Origin: Podarcis bocagei | Lineage: Eukaryota | DNA: 64,000 bases | Assembly (NCBI GenBank): GCA_964188305.1 | Contig: OZ076899.1 | Direction: 5' to 3' (one strand) | Part shown: positions 1 through 14,741 of the stretch, in pieces | Position numbering within the stretch: position 1 is the first letter of the stretch | How the letters are laid out: every line of letters begins with the position of its first letter | Position numbers and translations under genes: made by a program | The notes under the pieces: generated by a model | Told to the model about the DNA's origin: nothing | Database searches by the model: none | The model's input: only the letters and a program-made list of their open reading frames with translations

Positions 1-268
1 CTGTAATTTTGCTGCTGTTATGAATCGTAATGTAAATATCTGATATGCAGGATGTATTTTCCTTGTTACAAACTGAACATAATTAAAGCATAGTGATTAA
101 TCACAAAACAATATGTAATTATATTGTGAAATATTTATTTCTAATTACAAATAAATGAAATTTTGTCTTGAAGCATGGTGTAGCATGGGTAGCCTGGTCT
201 TAGGCAACCCCTGTGAAAGGGTTGTTCGACCCCCAAAGGGGTCGCGACCCACAGATTGAGAACCGCTG
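1..268 (+). mobile_element. SPIN/URR1-like non-autonomous hAT MITE, right part
   Basis: CTGTAATTTTGCT..TGAATCGTAATGTAAATATCTGATATGCAGG..GACCCCCAAAGGGGTCGCGACCCACAG..TTGAGAACCGCTG matches my recollection of the URR1/SPIN_NA consensus, including its terminal inverted repeat. Confidence 0.85.
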
Positions 269-294
269 CTGTATTGTGTTTTTACTATTTCTTG

Positions 295-380
295 TTGGGA
301 ACTGCCCAGAGTGTCTGGGGCAACCCAGTCAAATGGGTGGCATATAAATAAGAAATTGTTATATTATTATTATTATTATC
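295..380 (+). mobile_element. 3' tail of a non-LTR retroelement with (ATT)n end
   Basis: GCCCAGAGTGTCTGGGGCAACCCAG..ATAAAT..(ATT)n; related copy at 46255-46325. Confidence 0.5.
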
Positions 381-416
381 AGCTCACTTGCCTAATCTTT
401 GTTACTCACAAACTAG

Positions 417-3400
417 CTGCTTTTGGACCATCAAGATGCCATCGCTCCTGAGCACAATGACCCTATTCATGAGCTTCTGGATGACCTGGGGGAGGTGTCC
501 ACCATTGAATCTCTGATAGGTGAGCTTTTTTCTGATTTAGTAATGAGAAACTTAGTTCAAGTGTATCTATTGAGTGCTAAAACACTAGCCACAAACAATC
601 CAGAAGCAGGGCTAATATGTCTCTCCACCAGCCTTACTCCTGCCTGCATATTGAGGCCTCTGTAGCCAAAGCTATGCAGACACATGTCAACATTGCTGTT
701 CCTAAGGTGATTAAATAGTGTCCTCCAGGTAAGAGACACAGCTGGCACCCAGGAACACACACATTTAAAATCACTTACTTAAAAAATGAGTTTTCATAGG
801 GGAAGAGACTAAATGAGCGAAGCAAACAACCACACTCTCTTCCTGTGCTCTGCTTTTCTCCAAGGAGAGGGATCTGGCAGCGTGAATGATCCAGCCAGTA
901 AAGAGATGTTGGCCAAGACAGAAGTTTCACTCACACTGACTAACAAATTTGATGTTCCTGGGGACGAGAACGCAGAGATGGATGCCAAGACAATTCTGCT
1001 GAAGTAAGTAGGGGCCGTGACAGCTCCTGAACCTGTCTCACTTTCACATCCAAGGCACCTGGGGTTGTCCCATTTCACTGAAGCATTTGCCCAGGCTTTA
1101 AGAAAAGGTGGCTGGAGGGAGCCCAAAGCTTATCAGTGAGCTTCATGGCTTAGTGGAGATTCTGAAGCTGCATCTCTCCACTCTGAATCCTCTACACAGT
1201 TTTCTAGGTAAAACACAAAAGATGGAAACACCCAGAAATAACAGAAGTATTCAGGGAAGTGAAATGACTAAAAATGTGTCTTGCTCTCAACATGTTGGGT
1301 TCCACTATTTGATGATCATGTATCTAAGAGGAGGAAGAGGGAGGGAGGGTCCTCAAAAGGATGGCAAAGTTGTTGTCCCAAGGTTCTGATCATCCACCAC
1401 ATGTAATTAGCAGCCATTTGAGGTGTACAGAAGTCTGCATCTCTTTGTACATGTTTGCTACATGTTGATACGTAGCAACTGCTGCGATATTCAGCAGCAC
1501 ACTGGGCTTTTATTAAGGAGTAGTTTAAATTCCTGTGTCCATACAACCTGTGTCCAGAAACTAGGGGTGTAGTGAGAGATAGTGTTGCCATCATGCTCAG
1601 TGTGTGAACTCCAAGGAGGAAATTGATTGACAGCTTTCTGAATAAGGAATGCAAACTTTTGATGCAATCCAGAATAATTCATACACATACTTACTAAATA
1701 TCAGGACTGCTGGGGTACATTCCTCATTCCTGATGTGTCAGTTCAGACTTCTTGTTTTCTTAGCCCAGTTTTCCTAGGAAAGATCCCTTTCTCAAGGGAC
1801 TCTTTATCCAGGCAGACTGCTGGAGAGCTTAGAATCTTCTGAACAGACTTCTGAGGCCCGCGGCAGGACTTGCAGCTAGCTGGCAGGGCTAACCCACTTG
1901 TGATTCACCTTAATGCTGAGCAACCCTAGATTAGGCAACTCGCTTCCCTTAGCCCAGTCATAAGGAACCAGTGGGACTGTACTGGAGAAGGCACTCCTTC
2001 AAGTCACCTGGTCCCAAGCTGTTTCAGAGGTTTTGGACATCATAACCAGAACCTTAAACCCAGCCCAGGGGCTAATGGGCAGCCAGTGCAACTCCTTCAG
2101 GAGACATGAAATAAGCATTCCATGTGCCCCCCAGTTAGTGGTGTGGGCCTCCTTTTGCAGTAGCTACAGCCCCTGCACAAGCCTTGCGTAGAGTGCATTA
2201 CAGTAATCCAGCCTTCAGGCTCACAGTTCATAAATCACAGTGGCAAGGCTATGTGTAAGAACATCTCCATCTTTCTGTGCCGCTGAGATGTGAGTTGTCA
2301 AGGGTGGGTGTTTCTGTGATTTCCTTCCTCTTTTGAGTATCTCCCTGATGGTGCATATTTGGCAGAAGAGACAACAGGCACTTGCTCAGTGATGGCACGT
2401 TGATTCTTCCTTTCCTTTTGCTTTTCAGCACAAAGCGCTTAATTGTGGATGTGATCCGCTTCCAGCCAGGAGAGACACTGACTGAGATCCTGGAAACTCC
2501 AGCCAGTGCTGAACAGGTAATGGGGAGGAGGTTTAGTCATGTTGGAGCAGATGCCAAAGTCTTCCTGTCTCCAAGGGGCAAGAGTGTGTTGCAGGCCTGG
2601 GGGAACGGCAGTCTGTGACTGACTGTCCAAAGAAGAGAAGGGCTCTGGTCTCCGGTTGTGTATGTTGGGGTGGCGGGGCAGGAATGTGTGTACCAGGACA
2701 GACCAGTTGCAACAGCCTTTCTGACACCCCAATCCCCACCCAGGAAGCCGAACACCAGAGAGCCATGCAGAGGCGAGCCATTCGGGATGCCAAAACTCCT
2801 GACAAGATGAAGAAATCCAAAGCGGTCAAGGAGGACAGCAACCTGAGCCTTCAAGAAAAGAAGGAAAAGATAAAATCGGCCCTGAAGAAGCTGACTGAAC
2901 TGGGGACAGTGAACCCCAAGAACAGATACCAGGATCTGATCAACGATGTGGCCAAGGTAGGCGGCATCCAGGGAAACTGAGCTAACAGCCAGCGGGCTTG
3001 TGCTGGCAGGTGCATATGCTGTGTGACGGATAAAGGCGACTGGGGATGAGGGTGGCTACTCAATGCACATGTGCACACACACTTGGAATGTCTTGGGTGG
3101 GGATGAGTTAGAAGGTAAGCCTGTTTCCCCTTCCCCTTCTGCTCCCCCCCAAACTCTAGGACATTCGAAATCAGCGGCGCTATCGCCAAAGGAGAAAAGC
3201 AGAGCTGGTGAAGTTGCAGCAGACCCACAACGCCCTCACCTCCAAGGCGACTTTTTACGAGGAGCAGGTGGATTACTACAAGAGCTATATCAAAACGTGC
3301 CTGGATAACTTGGCCAGCAAGGGCAAGTGAGTGGCAGCCCCCGGAGGCGTGGGGTTGTGTGGGTGTACCCTGGGTCCTTGGGAAACCTCCTGACATGAAA

Positions 3401-6400
3401 ACAAAAAATGGAGAGGGGGGGGAGGGCGGATTGCCAGGTGATGAGAAGAAAAATGGTGACTTGACAAAGAGCGTAAGAGCAAGGACGGTTGGCTCTCAAA
3501 GAGCTGCCTGCAGAAAGAGCCGGAGTCAGGGGGAGTTATTTCCACCCCCAGGTGTATTGGTGGCCTTTGGGGAGGGAGAGGCAAAAACCCAGTGCCTTGG
3601 GTCAAGCCTTTGTCAGCCTCCATGCTTGTCAAGTCAGACCTCAAATCCTACAAATGGGAGAATGCCTCTCAGTGAGGTGCCCGTCCTTCTTTTCCTCAGG
3701 GTTTCCAAAAAACCACGGGAGATGAAGGGAAAGAAGAGCAAAAAGATCTCCCTGAAATACACGGCAGCCCGGCTCCATGAAAAGGGAGTCCTGTTGGAAA
3801 TTGAAGATCTGCAAGCCAGCCAGTGAGTATGTCATTTATCACAGCAGCATGCACAGAGGCAAGTCTCACCCAGTCAGCAGCATTCTGGGATAAAACTGGG
3901 AATGAACATTTTCATGGATTAGGGTGTTTGTGTGTAAATATTTGCTAGGAGTGTGCATCAGATTAAGACTAATTCTGAGGCCAAGTAGGGCTCCTAAGAA
4001 GGACTTTCGGCATGTCAGAGGCAAAGTGGGAGCTGTAGAAAACCTCTGAAGCACTTCATGGTGCTTCTGTGGACTAGACCAGTGTTTCCCAACCACTGTT
4101 CCGCGGCACACTAGTGTGCCGCGAGATGTTGCCTGGTGTGCCGCGAGATGTTGCCTGGAGGGAGGCGGGCGAGTCGGGCGGCGAGAGGCGGGGCGGCGGC
4201 GGCGAGGAAAGGCCGCCCAGCGCGGGGCTCTTGCCGTCTGCCTGCCTGGCTGCCTGCGAGCTCGGTGGGCAGCGCCTCCGTCCGCAGCGCCCGCCTCGCG
4301 GCTCTCATTCCCTGCCCCTGCCAAAGCTCACCCAGCCAAGCCGCGCTCTCCTTCCTGCCTCGCTTTGCTGCCTCCTCCCCCCCACCCCCAAAGCTTGGAG
4401 GTTCCCCGGCAAGGGGGAGGGAAAAAATTTGAAACTTACACTTTCGTGCGTCCCTCCCGGCGTGACGCTGCGCGCTGACGTCACGGGGCTGTAATGGTGG
4501 TGTGCCTCGAGATTTTTTTCATCAAACAAGTGTGCCTTTGCCCAAAAAAGGTTGGGAAACACTGGACTAGACATCAAAAACTGTGCTTGCTTGCAAGTCT
4601 TATAAAACTGAAAGTAATCTCTAAGCTCCCCAGACATGGCAATGCCATAATGGAATGATGGGGTAAGGGAGAGGAAGGAAACTGTCCGTTGTGACTGACA
4701 GGTCAAGTAAGGGACTCATTTTACCTAGAAATACAATTGCTTTCAGTTCTTCCAGTCTGAAATCCACACTGAAGCTATCTAGTGCAGTGTTTCCCAACCG
4801 GTGTTCTGCGGCACACTAGTGTGCCGCGAGACGATGCCTGGTGTGCCGTGGGAGGGAGGCGGGTGAGTCGGGCGGCGAGAGGCGGGGCGGCGGCAGCGAG
4901 GAGAGGCCGCCCAGCGCGGGGCTCTCGCCGTCTGCCTGCCTGGCTGCCTGCGTGGCGCTGACGTCACGGGGCTGTAACGTGCCCCACATAGGCACACGCG
5001 GGGCGGCGAGCGAGCTCCCTCCCACATCCCATCGCCGGCTCTGCACCAGGCGGTAGAGCTCGGCGAAGTCGCCGCGCTGGAAGGCCAGCAGCGCGCGCGC
5101 CTTGGCCAGGCTCTCGCCCGCCTGCAGCAGCCCCTCGCACACGCACGAGACCTGCTCCGCCGAGAAGCGCGGCGAGCGCGGAGGATCGGGCGCGGCGGAG
5201 GCCAGCCCCGCGCTTGGAGAGGACGCAGCAGCCGTCGCCAAACCCGATCCTCCTCCTGCTCCGCCGCCGTCCTCTGGCTCTCGGCCGGGAGGAGCCTGCG
5301 GCGACGGGGCGGGCGTCGAAGTTGGCAGAAGTTGGCGCGCCTCCTCGGCAGCGCCTTCGTCCTCCTCCTCCTGCCTCTGCTCTCCTCCGGCGGCGGGGGC
5401 GCGCCGCCCTCCCCGGCCGGGGGGCTCGGCGGGGCCCGCGGGGAAGGAGGCCATGTTTGCGGCGCGCGGGATCGCGGCCCCCCTCCGGCCCGCTCCCATC
5501 CCCCTGCGCGCTGCCCTAGCCGTGCGGGTCTCCTCCCCCTGCGCTGCCGTCCCCTTTCCACATCCTAGGAGCCGCGGTCCGCCTTCCGCCCCCGGGCCGC
5601 GGCATGGCTCCCAGCCTGGGCTGGCCTCCGCCTCCTGGGACGCGCGCCCACCCCCGCGGCCCCCCAAACTTCGGAGCAACTCTCCAGACGCTTCTCCCCC
5701 GCCTCGGTCTCCCTCCTTTACACTTCTCTTCCCCCCTTCCTTCCCTCTTTCTTTCTCTTTCTCTCCCACCCGCCTTTCCTTCTATTAACTTTCCTTTCCC
5801 CTTCCCATGTAGAACAGTCCCTGCAAATAAAAACCTAGCATATTTGGAAGAGGCATGCTAGCCTAACCATTACCTTCTATGCTGTTACTATTTTTTTATT
5901 TTTTTTTACATAAGTAAAAAGTGACCTTTCCCCATCTGGCATGGTGGTGTGCCTCGAGATTTTTTTCATGAAACAAGTGTGCCTTTGCCCAAAAAAGGTT
6001 GGGAAACACTGCTCTAGTGCAAGTACTTAATTCCTATCCAATAACCCTTTATTCTTCACTTCAACTCCCAATGGCACATTAAAACAATAAGCATATTTTT
6101 TTGTCCCCAAACTATAGATTCAAAAATGTGATATTTGAAATTAGCCCAACGGAAGAAGTCGGAGACTTTGAGGTAAAAGCAAAGTTCATGGGTGTACAGA
6201 TGGAGACGTTCATTCTACATTATCAGGTATGGATCTTGATGTTGTCTGTACAGTCCACCCTTATACTGAGTTTGCATCAGGGGATTTCGTTCAGGGTCTC
6301 CAAACTGTTACGGGGAAGGAGAGGATGATATTAGATATTTAACAATAAATCATGATGACCTATTCTCCTAGACTGCATTCCAGGTTTATCTAAATTAGAT

Positions 6401-7988
6401 TGAGGAGCACACTTCTTCAAAGGAAGCAGAAAGTGAAAGCTGGGGAACTAATTGAACAAAATGTTGGCCCATCTTCTCCAGAATGAGTCAGGCAGGGAAT
6501 GGCTGTGCTTGTGTGTCTAGACTCTGAGGGGAGGGATCCAGTGGGCCCTAGGTGATGCTTGAGTTGGATTGTATAATAATATCCAGCTGCAGACCTTAAT
6601 GAAAAGTGTATTTATCAAAGACAGATGTATTTAAATGTGCTAGCAGTTTTATATAGATGGATTTTAAAAATGACTCTCCACTCCCCCCCCCCCGGGATGG
6701 TGGTGGTGGGGAGGTTTATTGCCTGTTTGCACCAGATGATGCAGCAAAATGCCTTTTCACCCACACCCACCCCTGATGCAGGTGGACATTGCAAAACGGT
6801 TTGGGAATAGGCTTCTCCTTGATCAGGAGATGGCGTCTTCCAGACTTGTTCCTGGAGGGCACAGAGGCCTCCTTCCCACTCTCCAGGCCTGCCATGCCCA
6901 GTGCCTGAGCTATAGCATTTTTTTTTTTTAAATAGTTCATTCCTCCTCTTTTTCCCTCTTGGCCTAATTAGTGAGCAAGGAGATTTCCAGCAGTGATTCT
7001 AAGGAATAGTCCTATTATCAATTATTGATCCTAGATTGGAGTAAGAGTTTAGTTATTATTTTCATCTTTTTTGCCCAATTTGGTTCTTAGAGCTCTTTTA
7101 ATGTGCTGAAATAATCTTAGGGGAGCATATGGGGGGCGGGGAGCAAAGTGGACGGTGCAAATGCATATAACTTGCATAGGAAAAATAACTCCTAAAGCTT
7201 AATCTATTCACTGCCAACTTATTCTCTATTTAGCCTGCTATCAGAAAGTATGCAAGCATCAAGCAGCTGGGGTATAATTGCTGGGGCATAACATGGCTTG
7301 CTGTTCTCTTTCCATCTGCTGCCAAATGCAACATTCACCAGTCCTTCCTGTGTGCTCCATCCTCATTTCTTGGAAATGAGTTGAAGAGTCAGTGCGGAGG
7401 CATTTCCAGAATAATTTATTTCAGCAAAATGGCATGTGTACATTCTTACATGGGAAAACCATTTTTTTTTCTTATTTGGCAGCATTAAAGAAAAATGTGC
7501 ACTTAAATTACTGAAAACAAAATTAGAATGTCCAACAGGGATGGCATCCATGCTTTTACCAGTGAGGAAATCAGTTTTGGAGAAGTATCAATGCATGGAA
7601 TAGGGTTCCTTCCCACCCTGTGCAAAACAGAGAACCCTTCACTATAGCAGCTTGATAGCTTCCCCTTCCGCTGTGCATCACAAAAAAATGATGGCATGTG
7701 TTACTTGAGAAATGACTGCTGGGTATGATTTGCCCATCTCAGAGGTCCAAACTGGGCAAGATGTAGGAACGCTATAGGCCAAGCCTCTGTACGCTGACCA
7801 GCTGTGTCCTAGGAGCCGCAGCTGAGAATTTATTCTCTCTCTCTCTCTCCCCACCCCTCCTCTGGCTCCCACAGGATCTGTTGCAGCTCCAGTATGAAGG
7901 TGTGGCTGTCATGAAGTTGTTTGACCGAGCAAAAGTGAATGTCAATCTCCTCATTTTTCTCCTAAACAAGAAGTTCTATGGGAAGTAA
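417..7988 (+). CDS. IQGAP1: IQ motif-containing GTPase-activating protein 1, last 8 coding exons (5' part lies outside window)
   Basis: Exons 417-519, 865-1003, 2429-2516, 2744-2956, 3160-3326, 3700-3822, 6118-6226, 7875-7988 (TAA). All AG/GT bounded and phase-compatible. Peptides LLLDHQDAIAPEHNDPIHELLDDLG, VSKKPREMKGKKSKKISLKYTAARLHEKG and DLLQLQYEGVAVMKLFDRAKVNVNLLIFLLNKKFYGK* match the IQGAP1 C-terminal region. Confidence 0.96.
4080..4564 (+). mobile_element. Non-autonomous hAT (Charlie-like) element with GC-rich captured cargo
   Basis: TIRs CAGTGTTTCCCAAC...GTTGGGAAACACTG; perfect 8-bp TSD GACTAGAC (4072-4079 / 4565-4572). Confidence 0.92.
4785..6011 (+). mobile_element. Non-autonomous hAT element (same family) carrying a captured SIX5 gene fragment (Pack-TIR-like)
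   Basis: Same TIRs and subterminal sequence as 4080-4564; TSD ATCTAGTG/CTCTAGTG (7 of 8); internal SIX5-like coding sequence on the minus strand. Confidence 0.92.
5035..5454 (-). pseudogene. SIX5: Transposon-captured SIX5 exon 1 fragment (N-terminus plus internally deleted SIX domain, no homeodomain)
   Basis: MASFPAGPAEP...EEARQLL...RFSAEQVSCVCEGLLQAG/ESLAKARALLAFQRGDFAELYRLVQSR compared with recalled human SIX5 MATLPAEP...EEARQLL...RFSPEQVACVCEALLQAG...LRARALVAFQRGEYAELYRLLESR. About 20 residues are missing after LLQAG. Confidence 0.85.
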
Positions 7989-8767
7989 CTCTTGTCACTT
8001 GGAAGTCTGTGGAAAAGGAGCTATGAGTTTCTTTCTGTGAGCTGCTTCACCCACCAGTGGCTCCCAAAACGAGCAGCTCTCTTCCCACATTGCCAACCTC
8101 GGCTGGTTCCAGATCTTTGCACCCATCCTGATGTATGGCTGCACCGCCTCCTGCATATTGTTTCCCATGTACTCAACACCCAGAATTAAACCATTATTAG
8201 CCTGAGTGGTTTGTTTGTTGTCTTTGGGGGTGTTTAGTTCAAGTCTTGGACTTTCCCTTCTCTTCTACCCCCCCAATCTATTGTAGTGTAGTTTGATATT
8301 CCTGTAGCATTATGGTGGCTACTAAGGTGACCAAACCACCAAGACAGCACCTGGAGGCACTTCTGCTTTGGCCATGGGCCATCTCATGTGATCAAGTAGG
8401 TGGTTCTTGGTAGGAAGGCAAGATGGGCAATTTTGAGCCTCGTCAAGGTGGATAAACAGATCTGGCCTTTGGAGCAGCAGTCTCCGTGCCCAGTGTCCTG
8501 CTGAAATGAATGAAAGCGGCGGCAGAAATCAAGTATGTTGTTTCTTGCTTTAGCAGCCTAGTAGAAACAATCAAAAATATATCATAAAGCAGTGGAGGGG
8601 CCTGCTGAATTAATAGGAGTAAAATTAAGCATAGGGGGCTAGTTCTGCTTGAAGTTTTCTTCATAGTGCATGCCTGCAACACTGACTGGTCATTTGTAAT
8701 GTTCCTTTGGGATAAATCCTGTATTGGGTCCCTCCGCCTATACTGTGGTCTCTATGCACTTTTGTTA

Positions 8768-8773
8768 AATAAA
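8768..8773 (+). terminator. Candidate IQGAP1 poly(A) signal AATAAA
   Basis: Canonical AATAAA about 780 nt downstream of the IQGAP1 stop. Confidence 0.55.
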
Positions 8774-8789
8774 ATTCTAAGGACTGGAA

Positions 8790-8795
8790 TTTATT
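8790..8795 (-). terminator. Candidate GNPTG poly(A) signal AATAAA
   Basis: TTTATT on + strand about 475 nt downstream of the GNPTG stop. Confidence 0.55.
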
Positions 8796-9268
8796 GGATG
8801 GATCCTCTTCTGGCCCAAGACACCACACAGTACTTAAGACTGCTGCTCTCACTTGCAGCATTCTCTGTTACGAAGCAATAAGACACAAAGCTCAAAAAGG
8901 CTGCCACAGCTTCAACTTGCCTTCACTCCAAAAGAGTGTCCTGAGTTGGCAGCAGAGGCTCCTACCAGATATTGGCCTGCTGAAAAGACTGTCCTATATT
9001 TAACAGTTTCTGCTCTTCCCTGTGGGGTACAGAAGAGGGATAGGAAACTTGTGACATTCTATATGCTTCTTGTTCAATCCCAGTTCCCTTCAGGTCCAGT
9101 TAGCGTGGCCTATGCTGAAAGATGGAAGCTATACTCCAGCCTCATCTGAGGGGTCACAGGTTCCATAACCCAAGTACAACCACACAATGTGGATTAAATT
9201 CTAATTGCTGTGAAAACCCCAAATGCTGAGCGAGTTGTCCAGGGGGAGTTGTCCAGGGGGATTTTTCC

Positions 9269-14639
<5,371 letters not shown>

Positions 14640-14741
14640 CTTCGTTTCTCCGGCGAGACCCGGAAGCGCCTGCAGGGGTTGCTCTTCCGGGGCGCCAGGG
14701 AGCCGCTCTACCCGCCTCTTCTCCCCTTGGTACACGAGGAG
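14640..14741. promoter_or_regulatory. Bidirectional CpG-island promoter shared by GNPTG and TSR3
   Basis: Divergent ATGs at 14639 (-) and 14742 (+); inverted ETS/GABP sites CCGGAAG (14660-14666) and CTTCCGG (14684-14690); YY1-type GCCGCCATCTT over the GNPTG ATG. Confidence 0.85.

Noticed and set aside
4816-5769. A genuine functional SIX5 locus nested in IQGAP1
   Set aside because: Bounded by TIRs and a TSD, SIX domain internally deleted and truncated, no homeobox or downstream exons.
5102-5788. 228-aa plus-strand ORF inside the hAT element
   Set aside because: Antisense shadow of the SIX5-derived GC-rich cargo; not a transposase.
9232-9260. 14-bp tandem duplication just past the GNPTG stop (similar small duplications near 54129 and 56361)
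   Set aside because: Ordinary slippage-type duplications with no evidence of function.
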